This document shows positions 1 through 8,193 of a stretch of DNA of 24,000 nucleotides, one piece after another. The stretch is from contig CANLOL010000001.1 in assembly GCA_947492905.1 (NCBI GenBank), positions 264,578 through 288,577 of the forward strand. Direction: 5' to 3'. The notes under the pieces are model-generated. The model searched no databases, was not told the DNA's origin, and saw nothing but the letters and a program-made list of their open reading frames with translations. The translations under genes were made by a program, and so were the position numbers. Within the stretch, counting starts at the first letter, position 1; every line of letters starts with the position of its first letter. The DNA comes from an uncultured Sphingorhabdus sp. GTDB taxonomy: Bacteria > Pseudomonadota > Alphaproteobacteria > Sphingomonadales > Sphingomonadaceae.

Positions 1-1
1 T

Positions 2-220
2 ATCGCCAGTCAATTGCGCGATGCAGGCGCAGGCGACATTATATCTATATCGGGTGCTACGGGCGATAATATTAGTGCTGTGATGGATAAGGTTTTGGAA
101 TCGCTGCCTGGATTTAGCAGCGTCGAGACGAGTAAATCTGGTCCTTTTGATCCAAGCATATCCAATGGCACTTCACACAGCGAAGGTGATGAGGAAATAA
201 AGCAATGGTCACCGATTTAG
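2..220 (+). CDS. obg: GTPase Obg/CgtA, C-terminal fragment (5' end lies upstream of the window)
   Basis: The frame is open from the window edge (IASQLRDAGAGDIISISGATGDNISAVMDKVLE...). This resembles the end of the Obg G domain followed by a low-complexity acidic tail ending WSPI. It lies directly upstream of proB and overlaps it, matching the conserved obg-proB arrangement. Confidence 0.6.
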   Translation: MASQLRDAGAGDIISISGATGDNISAVMDKVLESLPGFSSVETSKSGPFDPSISNGTSHSEGDEEIKQWSPI

Positions 221-1374
221 GGGGCAATGATTTAGATGCCTCCGCTGCAGGGGACTCTGGCCTAAAAGAAGATAATTTAGGAACAGCAAAACGTATTGTC
301 ATAAAGATTGGATCATCACTATTGGTTCAATCTGATGGCGCGCCAAACAGCGCGTGGTTGCTTACGGTGGCCGAAGATATTGCAAGGCTGCGCGATCAAG
401 GCAAAGACATAATAGTCGTTAGCTCTGGAGCGGTTGCTCTTGGTGCTAAAAAATTGGGCATAGAAAGCCGTGAGAACCTGACCACATCGCAAGCATGTGC
501 AGCAGTCGGGCAAATTAATCTGGCTGGACTATGGACAGATACGCTTCAAACACAACAGCTTATAGCCGCGCAAATGCTATTGACGCTGGATGATTTAGAG
601 GACCGCAGGCGCTATTTGAATATTTCCTCAACGCTTGAAAAATTAATCCAAACGGGTGCGATCCCAATCATCAATGAAAATGATAGCGTTGCTACCGAAG
701 AAATTCGCTATGGCGATAATGATCGTTTAGCAGCCCGTGTTGCCCAAGCCTGTAATGCCGATTGCATCATATTATTATCCGATGTCGATGGGTTATTTGA
801 TCGCAACCCTTCTGAACCTTCAGCGAAAATCATCCCCAACATATATCATATTGATGAAACCATAATATCGGCGGCTACGGGGGCCACATCCGATGTTGGA
901 ACGGGCGGGATGACCTCTAAAGTAGAAGCCGCCGCCACCGCGATGAGCAGCGGTATTAATATGATTATAGCATCGGGGCAAAAAGAATATCCTCTATCTG
1001 CTATCCAAAAAGGTGAAGCGCATAGCCTGTTTCATAAACAAGAGGGTGATGCTGATAGAGGGCAGAAAAAATGGCTCAACGGCCGTTTGCATGCCCAAGG
1101 GAAATTATTCATTGATGATGGCGCTGCGCTGGCCCTTTCCAATGGTGCGAGCTTATTAGCGGTTGGCGTAAAAGGGTATGAACAAGATTTTCTGCGCGGT
1201 GATGTCGTTGAAATAATTGACCCTGTAGGCACTATTTTGGCGCGCGGTTTAAGCGAATATGATGCGCGTGAAATAGAGATTATCATGGGCAAAAGCAAAG
1301 ATGAGATTGCTGAAATATTATCCTATACACCGCGCAGCGCATTAGTGCATCGCAACCATATGGTCATGATATGA
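205..1374 (+). CDS. proB: Glutamate 5-kinase
   Basis: 389-aa ORF. It has the amino-acid-kinase motifs KRIVIKIGSS and NENDSVATEEIRYGDNDRLAA, plus a C-terminal PUA-like domain (GDVVEI...ARGLSEYDAREI). ATG 205 is the only in-frame start upstream of the kinase core and overlaps obg by 16 nt. Confidence 0.9.
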   Translation: MVTDLGGNDLDASAAGDSGLKEDNLGTAKRIVIKIGSSLLVQSDGAPNSAWLLTVAEDIARLRDQGKDIIVVSSGAVALGAKKLGIESRENLTTSQACAAVGQINLAGLWTDTLQTQQLIAAQMLLTLDDLEDRRRYLNISSTLEKLIQTGAIPIINENDSVATEEIRYGDNDRLAARVAQACNADCIILLSDVDGLFDRNPSEPSAKIIPNIYHIDETIISAATGATSDVGTGGMTSKVEAAATAMSSGINMIIASGQKEYPLSAIQKGEAHSLFHKQEGDADRGQKKWLNGRLHAQGKLFIDDGAALALSNGASLLAVGVKGYEQDFLRGDVVEIIDPVGTILARGLSEYDAREIEIIMGKSKDEIAEILSYTPRSALVHRNHMVMI

Positions 1375-2291
1375 GCAAGCCCGTCATAGCCATTACCGGA
1401 GCAACCGGATTTGTCGGCACGATCGTCATGCAGCAATTGCAAGAAATGGGATATGCAATCCGCGCGCTCACCCGCAAAGATCAAGAGCCGATCGAATATG
1501 TCGAATGGATCAATGGCGCGCTCGATAATCCATCTAGTCTGGAGACATTATGCGAAGGTGCAGATTGCATTTTGCACATAGCCGGCGTGGTCAATGCACC
1601 CAATATCGCAGGGTTTGAAGCAGGCAATGTCGATGGAACCGCTGCGGTGATAAAAGCTGCTAAAGCGCAAGGCATAAGACGCTTTATCCATATTTCGTCT
1701 TTATCGGCACGCGAGCCGCAATTATCGCATTATGGCGCGAGCAAAGCAAAGGCCGAGAAATTGGTTGGGGCAAGCATGCTCGATTGGACCATCATTCGCC
1801 CGCCTGCTATTTATGGGCCAGGGGATATGGAGATGCTTGATCTGTTTATCATGGCCCAAAAAGGATATATTCTCATGCCGCCCAAAGGCCGCGCCTCCTT
1901 TATCCATGTAGAGGATTTAGCACGGTTGATTATCGCACTTATCCCCGCGCACGAAGATGCGACTGCGCAAATATTTGAATGCGATGATGGCGTAGAAGGC
2001 GGATGGTCCCACGATAGTTTTGGCCGTGCCGTAGGTATGGCGATAGATAAGCAAGTAACGGCCATTAATGCGCCCAAAATATTATTAAAAATTGGGGCCT
2101 TATTTGATCGATTATTCCGCGGCAAAAAGGCCAAATTAACATGGGATCGTGCAAATTATCTATCGCACCCAGATTGGGTGATTGATAGAGCCAACGCGCC
2201 GTCACCTTCATTATGGAAACCCGCAATAGAGACGCGCCAAGGATTAAAAGACACGGCGCGATGGTATCGCAAAAACAGCCTAATTGATTAA
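1371..2291 (+). CDS. NAD(P)-dependent epimerase/dehydratase family protein (extended SDR)
   Basis: Rossmann motif ITGATGFVG and catalytic YxxxK (YGASK). ATGA start/stop overlap with proB. Confidence 0.8.
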   Translation: MSKPVIAITGATGFVGTIVMQQLQEMGYAIRALTRKDQEPIEYVEWINGALDNPSSLETLCEGADCILHIAGVVNAPNIAGFEAGNVDGTAAVIKAAKAQGIRRFIHISSLSAREPQLSHYGASKAKAEKLVGASMLDWTIIRPPAIYGPGDMEMLDLFIMAQKGYILMPPKGRASFIHVEDLARLIIALIPAHEDATAQIFECDDGVEGGWSHDSFGRAVGMAIDKQVTAINAPKILLKIGALFDRLFRGKKAKLTWDRANYLSHPDWVIDRANAPSPSLWKPAIETRQGLKDTARWYRKNSLID

Positions 2292-2521
2292 GCAGCTTCT
2301 TCCATAGGATGCAGATCCCTCAATGATGGGGGGATTGATTGCGCTAAGGGAATCGCATCATTACAAAAAGCACATTCAGCGCTAGAGCGTCCAATATGCC
2401 AATGAGAATGGCCACATGATGGGCAATGATTCACACTATCGGCATAATATAATGGTATGGCAACGCGATGTAATGGCGATTGCGCATTTGATTTCATAAA
2501 ATCTATATTATTCATATACAT
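2288..2521 (-). CDS. Small Cys/His-rich zinc-ribbon-like hypothetical protein
   Basis: The ORF track gives 2288..2566 from a TTG start. An internal ATG at 2521 is preceded by GAGGA with 8-nt spacing, so I prefer it. The paired CxxC motifs (HCPSCGHSHWH ... ECAFC) suggest a zinc ribbon. I recognise no family. Confidence 0.45.
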   Translation of the reverse strand: MYMNNIDFMKSNAQSPLHRVAIPLYYADSVNHCPSCGHSHWHIGRSSAECAFCNDAIPLAQSIPPSLRDLHPMEEAA

Positions 2522-2749
2522 ATTACATATCCTCTTATGTGCAACAGAAATTGGGGCTACGTTCAACTGTTGCTTACTGTCGATAAATTGAAGCAGATGG
2601 GATGAACCAATTCTGAATTATCTTGCGATATTCACTTTATGTTGGTTTTATAATTGAGATAAAAATATTAACGCCTACGCTGTTACACAGTGGAAAAATG
2701 AAAAGGATAGCAAGAAAACAAAAGCAGGACGTAGCAAGAGGACAAAAAA

Positions 2750-3700
2750 ATGAAATATATCGCGCTCGCACTCGCATTCATCGCATCCCCCATAATGGCA
2801 CAAGATAATATTAGTGATGAACCCATCACCGCCACTGGGCCGCTAGGCAATCTCGCAGGGAGCTATAAAGATGCAGGAAAAGATACGCCCGTCGTTTTGA
2901 TAATAGCAGGATCTGGCCCAACGGATCGCAATGGCAATAGCCCGCTCGGTATTAATGCCAATAGCTATAAATTGCTGGCTGAGGCCCTTGCCCAAAAAAA
3001 CATATCATCGGTACGCATTGATAAGCGCGGCATGTTCGGCAGCGCTTCTGCGATTAAGGATGCTAATGCAGTGACTATTGCCGATTATGTGAGCGATGTG
3101 AACGCATGGAGCGACACTATTCGCAGCAAAACCAACCAAAAATGTATCTGGCTTGCTGGACATTCAGAAGGCGCATTGGTCGCTTTAGCCTCTGCACAAG
3201 CCCCCAAAAATATTTGCGGTGTCATCACTATCGCTGGCCCTGGTAGGCCGCTTGATGAGGTTTTGCGCAAACAATTATCGAGCAACCCCGCCAATGCACC
3301 GATCATGGGCGATGCATTATCAGCGCTCAAAAAACTAAAGTCTGGTGAAAAGGTTGATGTATCGCGCATGCATCCTGCGCTACAAGGATTATTCAATCCC
3401 GCCGTTCAGCCCTTTATGATTGATTTATTTTCTTATGATCCCGCCGCATTAGCCGCGCAAACGCAACTGCCCTTGCTCATCATCCAAGGCGATAATGATA
3501 TACAGGTCTCGGTAAAGGATGCAGAAATTTTGGCGAAAGCAAACCCAAAATCGACCCTAGCCATCATCCCAAATATGAACCATGTGCTGAAAACTATAGA
3601 GAGTAAAAACCGCGCTGTGAATGCGCAAAGCTATGCCAATCCTGATTTGCCACTATCCCCGAAATTGGCTGATATTATAGCGCAATTTATCGAAAAATAA
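2750..3700 (+). CDS. Secreted alpha/beta-fold hydrolase
   Basis: Signal peptide MKYIALALAFIASPIMAQD. Nucleophile elbow GHSEGA (GxSxG). Downstream acid and His candidates (QGDNDIQV, NHVLK). AGAGGA Shine-Dalgarno upstream of the ATG. Confidence 0.8.
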   Translation: MKYIALALAFIASPIMAQDNISDEPITATGPLGNLAGSYKDAGKDTPVVLIIAGSGPTDRNGNSPLGINANSYKLLAEALAQKNISSVRIDKRGMFGSASAIKDANAVTIADYVSDVNAWSDTIRSKTNQKCIWLAGHSEGALVALASAQAPKNICGVITIAGPGRPLDEVLRKQLSSNPANAPIMGDALSALKKLKSGEKVDVSRMHPALQGLFNPAVQPFMIDLFSYDPAALAAQTQLPLLIIQGDNDIQVSVKDAEILAKANPKSTLAIIPNMNHVLKTIESKNRAVNAQSYANPDLPLSPKLADIIAQFIEK

Positions 3701-3717
3701 GCTCTTCTCAAAAGAGC
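3701..3717 (+). terminator. Weak hairpin immediately after the hydrolase stop (possible terminator)
   Basis: GCTCTT-ctcaa-AAGAGC, a 6-bp stem. It is followed only by a poor U-tract (attgctt), so terminator function is uncertain. Confidence 0.3.
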
Positions 3718-3832
3718 ATTGCTTCATCGCAAGATAGAAATTTACCGCTTCAAATTTCATAGGGTTTGTGCGTCATGAGCGCATTGCTGCTTCATGTCCA
3801 GCCTCCTGTTATACGCATTAAAAATATGTCGA

Positions 3833-3886
3833 CCTGTCAAACACTCTTGACAGGCATGAAAGAATCACTGTAAAGAGCTCTTGACA
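3833..3886 (+). promoter_or_regulatory. Candidate promoter and operator cluster of the XRE-HTH operon
   Basis: Inverted repeat CCTGTCAA-N6-TTGACAGG (3833-3854) contains a consensus -35 TTGACA (3847-3852). TAAAGA lies 18 nt downstream (3871-3876). A perfect 10-bp palindrome AAGAGCTCTT (3873-3882) overlaps that -10. The 9-mer CTCTTGACA occurs twice (3844-3852 and 3878-3886). Confidence 0.4.
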
Positions 3887-3902
3887 CAATGGAGAATGAT
3901 AT

Positions 3903-4112
3903 TTGGAAAATGTCGTAAAACAATATCGTGAAGCCAAAGGATGGAGCCAAGGCGAACTGGCAAAACGCTTGGGTGTGTCACGGCAAACAATCAATGCCGT
4001 TGAGACAGACAAATATGACCCCAGTCTGCCGCTCGCTCTGCGTATGTCCAAAACATTTGGAATAGAGGCACGCGAATTATTTATCGATGATTGGGAAAGT
4101 GGAGAAGAGTGA
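3903..4112 (+). CDS. XRE/Cro-CI family helix-turn-helix transcriptional regulator (69 aa)
   Basis: GWSQGELAKRLGVSRQTINAVETDKYDPSLPLALRMSKTFG is the classic short HTH_3 signature of the small stand-alone regulators that precede membrane-protein genes. TTG start with GGAG 8 nt upstream. Confidence 0.85.
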   Translation: MENVVKQYREAKGWSQGELAKRLGVSRQTINAVETDKYDPSLPLALRMSKTFGIEARELFIDDWESGEE

Positions 4113-4786
4113 TGACAGAGGTAAAAATGCCAGATGAAAAAATACAAAGTGAAAAACGTAAAAAATATTGGATGCAGACCGGTTTTGGAGCAGTGTTCGG
4201 ATTTATTGGTGCTTTGTTTGGACTTAAAATTATTGACAGCGCGCTAAATCCGCAAGATTTTAAATTATCGATAGAGTTGATCTTGGCTGGCAGTGTTGCA
4301 AACATATATGCTTGCATTGGTGCGTTCATGCTTATTGGTTTATTATTACCCAAAAAGCATGGCGTGAAACTTCTCAATGTTGAAGATGAAGAAGAATTAG
4401 CAGAACAAGGAAAAATATTATGGGGCAGTAGTTTTGCAATGGTGGCTATAGGCATTGCAATGTTCCTATTGCTTTTATCTGGGCCAGATGGATATTTTCA
4501 TCCCGCAATTGGGTTTTCGGCAATGAGTATAGCTTTTATATTTTCGGTAGCGGTATCCATAAAAGAATGGCCGCATTATGATGAAATGATGCGCAAACTA
4601 ACCATAGACTCAACCTATTTAACGGCATCAATATTATTCACTATCATATGGTTTTGGTGCAGCGCTGCTTGGATAGGGTGGATAGCAATGCCAAATCCAA
4701 TCATTTTATTGGCCCTATTCATGGGAATATATTTGCTAAGTGTATTTATAATTGCAGGCAAAATGGGTTTAACCGAAACGCGCTAA
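4112..4786 (+). CDS. Six-TM integral membrane protein, paralog 1 (uncharacterised)
   Basis: Start chosen by homology with paralog 2 (MTEVKMPDEKIQ vs MTEAKTPDEKIQ). GTG 4109 and TTG 4091 are alternative starts. The start overlaps the HTH stop (GTGATGA). About six hydrophobic segments by eye, an acidic loop LNVEDEEELAEQ, and the conserved motif CSAAWIGW. Confidence 0.75.
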   Translation: MTEVKMPDEKIQSEKRKKYWMQTGFGAVFGFIGALFGLKIIDSALNPQDFKLSIELILAGSVANIYACIGAFMLIGLLLPKKHGVKLLNVEDEEELAEQGKILWGSSFAMVAIGIAMFLLLLSGPDGYFHPAIGFSAMSIAFIFSVAVSIKEWPHYDEMMRKLTIDSTYLTASILFTIIWFWCSAAWIGWIAMPNPIILLALFMGIYLLSVFIIAGKMGLTETR

Positions 4787-4875
4787 TGATAGCCCAAAAC
4801 CAGGCAATATTGGCAAAATCCTCCGAGGTTAGACGCAAACTATCAATGCCATGTTTGGGAAAGTAGAGAAGAGTG

Positions 4876-5547
4876 ATGACAGAAGCAAAAACGCCAGACG
4901 AAAAAATACAGGGCGACAAACGCAAAACAATTTGGAAACAAATTATTTATGGAGCAATTTTCGGATTTACAATTACCTCCGCATTTAATTTCTTTTTTGG
5001 AGACAGGTTAGATAGTCTGCCTGCATTATCTGGCGATGCCATATTACTAAACTTCATTGGTTTTATATACGCACTGATGGGGGTTGTATGCGGATTGGGG
5101 CTTATACTTCCAAAAAAAATGGCCGTGCAAATGCTTAATATAGAAGATGAAGAAGAGCTAGATGAACAACGCCGTATTTTGACGGGATCTTCTGTCATTA
5201 TGCTCGCTATTGGAATTTCATTATGTTTGCTGGCATTATCTGGAGACAGCGCAATCATATCTCCTGAGATAGCTTTCTCAGCTATTATTATTAGCACTCT
5301 CGCTGCTATATTTATAACCGTAAAAGATTGGAAACATTATGACGAATTATTACGTCAAATGTCATTAGAAGCCACATATTTAAGCTTTAGTATTACGGCA
5401 ATGATATTATGGATATGGTGCAGTGCGGCTTGGATTGGCTGGATGTCATTGCCATCGCCCCTAATTATTATATCTCTAATTAGCGGATTTTATATTATTT
5501 CTATATTTATTATCTGTGCCCGCAAAGGGTTACTTATTAAGAAGTAG
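4876..5547 (+). CDS. Six-TM integral membrane protein, paralog 2 (uncharacterised)
   Basis: Colinear with paralog 1, roughly 40-50% identical by eye. Shared blocks are PDEKIQ, LPKK, LNIEDEEEL, KDWKHYDE and CSAAWIGW. GTG 4873 is an alternative start. Confidence 0.75.
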   Translation: MTEAKTPDEKIQGDKRKTIWKQIIYGAIFGFTITSAFNFFFGDRLDSLPALSGDAILLNFIGFIYALMGVVCGLGLILPKKMAVQMLNIEDEEELDEQRRILTGSSVIMLAIGISLCLLALSGDSAIISPEIAFSAIIISTLAAIFITVKDWKHYDELLRQMSLEATYLSFSITAMILWIWCSAAWIGWMSLPSPLIIISLISGFYIISIFIICARKGLLIKK

Positions 5548-5559
5548 AGGAGCTTCTAT

Positions 5560-5964
5560 ATGACAGAATTATTAGGCGGATGCCTGTGCGGCAAAGTGCG
5601 CTATAATATCAAAGGGTCAATCATTAATTCCGCTATTTGTCATTGCCCTTCATGCCGCAAAGCAAGCGGTGCGCCAATGGTCGGTTGGGCGATGGTGAAA
5701 CGTAGCGATGTTGATTTTGATAGGGATGCTATCGGACAATATGAATCATCGACAGGCGCATTGCGCAGCTTTTGCAGCAATTGCGGAACAACATTATTTT
5801 TCGAAGGCGATTATTTACCTGGAATGATCGACATTAGCACAGAGAGTTTTGATAATCCCGATAACGTCCTGCCGACGCTGCAAATATGGTGCAGCAGCAA
5901 ATCCCAATGCGTGAGAGAATTGCCCAATATGCAATGTTTTGATGAATTTCCACCGCAAGAGTGA
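5560..5964 (+). CDS. GFA/CENP-V family (glutathione-dependent formaldehyde-activating-like) zinc protein
   Basis: Characteristic Cys clusters GGCLCGKVRY, CHCPSCRKASGAP and FCSNCGT. GAGGAG Shine-Dalgarno upstream. Confidence 0.8.
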   Translation: MTELLGGCLCGKVRYNIKGSIINSAICHCPSCRKASGAPMVGWAMVKRSDVDFDRDAIGQYESSTGALRSFCSNCGTTLFFEGDYLPGMIDISTESFDNPDNVLPTLQIWCSSKSQCVRELPNMQCFDEFPPQE

Positions 5965-5973
5965 TTACCCCAT

Positions 5974-7497
5974 CTATAGCGCCGCTAAATCAGCAAATTC
6001 GCACAAGAGTTTGCGCGTATCGCGCGGGTCAATAATATCTTCTACGCTAAAATGCTCAGCACTCCTAAAGGGTGAGGTTACCCGCTCTAAACGCTCTTTA
6101 ATCTCTGCCAGTTTCGCCGCAGGATCATCGGCAGATTCCAGCTCGCTTTTATAGGCCACCTCTAATCCACCAGCGATAGGCAAAGAACCCCAATCGCCCG
6201 ATGGCCAAGCAAAACGATATTGAAATTTCTCGGCATTGCTCATCGCGCTGCCCGCTATACCAAAAGCGCGCCTAATAATGACGCTAGCCCAAGGAACATC
6301 GCTGCGATAAATGGCGTTCATCGCATTGACGCCATAGCGTATCGTGCCGGTTTTCTCAGCTTCTAAACCGATCATAAAACCCGGATTATCAACCAGATGG
6401 ACAATAGGCAGATGGAATTGATTAGCAAGCTTCACAAAACGTTCAACCTTTTCAGACGTTTTCGCATCCCATGATCCGCCCAAGAAACTCGGATCATTGG
6501 CCAGCACCGCAACGCTATGTCCATTTAGCCGCGCAAAAGCGGTCATAGAGGCCCGCCCCCATTTGCGCCCCATTTCAAACACGCTGCTTCGGCCATTCTC
6601 ATCTTGGTCAAAAACATGGTGCATGATTTTGCGCATCGAATAGACTTGCTTATCCTCGCGCGGCACGATTGAGAGTAATGCCTCATCGCTGCGATCCGAT
6701 GGGTCATGACACGCTATGCGCTGCGCTTTTGCGCGAACATTGCTCGGCAGGTAAGAGAGGAATTTGCGCGCATAGAGAAACGCTTCCGCCTCGCTTTCAA
6801 CTTCTTCATCCACTGTACCATTGCGCGCATGAATATCGCTGCCGCCCAATTCTTCCTTGGTCAAATTCTCACCAATAGCCGCCGCGACTGCTGGGCCAGC
6901 GGCAAAAATTTGCGATAGGCCTTTGACCATGATGCTATAATGGCTAGCCACCGTTCGCGCTGCCCCTAGACCCGCCGTTGGGCCAAGCGCCAATGCCACC
7001 ACAGGAACATTTTCTTGGTTGGTAATCACATCATCCCAACCCGGAACCGCTGGCACATAGGTAAAGCCCATATCCTCTAACATCTTCACCGAACCACCGC
7101 CGCCCGTGCCATCAATCATCCGAATGATAGGCAGACCCAATTCAGAGGCCATTTTTTCGGCCTGTTGGAATTTGCGGTGCAAAGCCGCATCGGCCGCGCC
7201 GCCGCGCACGGTAAAATCATCGGCCGTTGCGACAATGGGGTTGCCATTGATATTGGCCCTGCCAAAGATGAAATTGCTCGGCGCGAAATCCTTCAGCTCT
7301 CCATCCGCATCATAGCTGCCTCGGCCCGCTATTTTTCCAATTTCACGAAAACTGCCTTCATCGACCAAGCCCGCAATGCGCTGCCGTGCATCCAATTTGC
7401 CGCGCCCATGTTGGCGAGCGACTTTATCTTCGCCGCCCATTTTTTCGGCTAATTTTTGGCGCAATGCCAATTCATCCAATTCCGCTTTCCATGTCAT
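5974..7497 (-). CDS. Acyl-CoA carboxylase beta-subunit-like carboxyltransferase
   Basis: 507 aa. N-terminal ...QHGRGKLDARQRI..L.D.GSF.E, an oxyanion glycine stretch MIDGTGGGG and a second CT half (VAVLANDPSFLGGS) are typical of PccB/MccB-type two-domain carboxyltransferases. Substrate cannot be assigned. Confidence 0.8.
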   Translation of the reverse strand: MTWKAELDELALRQKLAEKMGGEDKVARQHGRGKLDARQRIAGLVDEGSFREIGKIAGRGSYDADGELKDFAPSNFIFGRANINGNPIVATADDFTVRGGAADAALHRKFQQAEKMASELGLPIIRMIDGTGGGGSVKMLEDMGFTYVPAVPGWDDVITNQENVPVVALALGPTAGLGAARTVASHYSIMVKGLSQIFAAGPAVAAAIGENLTKEELGGSDIHARNGTVDEEVESEAEAFLYARKFLSYLPSNVRAKAQRIACHDPSDRSDEALLSIVPREDKQVYSMRKIMHHVFDQDENGRSSVFEMGRKWGRASMTAFARLNGHSVAVLANDPSFLGGSWDAKTSEKVERFVKLANQFHLPIVHLVDNPGFMIGLEAEKTGTIRYGVNAMNAIYRSDVPWASVIIRRAFGIAGSAMSNAEKFQYRFAWPSGDWGSLPIAGGLEVAYKSELESADDPAAKLAEIKERLERVTSPFRSAEHFSVEDIIDPRDTRKLLCEFADLAAL

Positions 7498-7539
7498 CTG
7501 AAAAGCTTAACCGAGCAATTAATAATCTGAAAGCTTTAA

Positions 7540-8190
7540 TTAAGCCAGCACCGCATGGCCATATTCAACCCATGCAGCAAATTTGGGCGCTTTGGGGACA
7601 TATTCGCGTTTTTCTTGGACAATCTTATACCCATTGGCAACAAGGCTGCCAATCACGAGGCGGGTAAGATGACAACCGCCCGCAAGCGGTTTCCAAATCG
7701 GTTCGATGCGGTTTTGCCATTTCGATATATTGCTATCGGGCGATGCTCCATGTTCCAAAAATAGCAATTTACCATCAGCTTTCAGCACCCGCCGTGCCTC
7801 ACGCAACGTGGCAGTAACATCTTGCACAGAACAAAGCGTGAAGGTGACGACCACCGTGTCAAAATGATTATCGGGAAACGGCAAAGCCTCGGCAATGCCA
7901 GCCTTAATATCAAAATCTATGCCAGCCGTTTTGGCCGCGTCACGCGCACGGTTCAACAGTCCGGGTGATGGATCAACGCCCGATACGCTTGTCACGCGAG
8001 ACGCATCATAAAAGCTTAAATTCAGGCCGCCGCCAACGCCGAGTTCCAGCACTTTACCAATCGCATGCGGCACGATGAGCGCGCGGCGTTTCATAATCTG
8101 CCCCTGCCCGCACGCAATGGGAATGATGCGCGGCACAATATGTTTATCCCATAGATTTTGTCTGAAATCCGCTTGGCTGAATGTGTTCAT
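7540..8190 (-). CDS. Class I SAM-dependent methyltransferase (Methyltransf_11 type, METTL7-like)
   Basis: SAM motif I VLELGVGGGLN and post-I GVDPSP. The C-terminal WQ..IEPIWKPLAGGCHLTR block resembles the METTL7 (thiol methyltransferase-like) family. Confidence 0.75.
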   Translation of the reverse strand: MNTFSQADFRQNLWDKHIVPRIIPIACGQGQIMKRRALIVPHAIGKVLELGVGGGLNLSFYDASRVTSVSGVDPSPGLLNRARDAAKTAGIDFDIKAGIAEALPFPDNHFDTVVVTFTLCSVQDVTATLREARRVLKADGKLLFLEHGASPDSNISKWQNRIEPIWKPLAGGCHLTRLVIGSLVANGYKIVQEKREYVPKAPKFAAWVEYGHAVLA

Positions 8191-8193
8191 AGT

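Larger units (their letters stand above)
4091..5547 (+). repeat. Tandem gene duplication (period about 764 bp) of the membrane-protein gene, including a scar of the HTH gene 3' end
   Basis: ttgggaaagtggagaagagtgatgacagag (4091-4120) matches ttgggaaagtagagaagagtgatgacagaa (4855-4884) at 28/30. The encoded proteins are colinear paralogs. Confidence 0.85.

Noticed and set aside
2623-2808. 61-aa ORF overlapping the start of the alpha/beta hydrolase gene.
   Set aside because: It is Lys/Arg-rich and low-complexity, overlaps the hydrolase signal-peptide region out of frame, and has no Shine-Dalgarno.
3881-3886. Second TTGACA, considered as the -35 of the HTH promoter.
   Set aside because: It lies only 17 nt before the start codon, so a -10 would fall on the start codon itself. 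It is more plausibly an operator repeat.
3818-4147. 109-aa minus-strand ORF covering the HTH gene.
   Set aside because: It is the shadow of the well-supported XRE HTH gene on the + strand, with no Shine-Dalgarno and no motif.
4648-4866. 72-aa + strand ORF spanning the end of membrane paralog 1 and the intergenic scar.
   Set aside because: It is out of frame with a supported CDS. Its tail only reads through the degenerate copy of the HTH 3' end in a different frame.
7498-7546. Repeated GAAAGCTT / AAGCTT and GCTTAA...TTAAGC in the carboxyltransferase-methyltransferase gap, considered as a regulatory hairpin.
   Set aside because: The arms are only 6 bp with a loop of about 30 nt. That is weak thermodynamically and likely coincidental.
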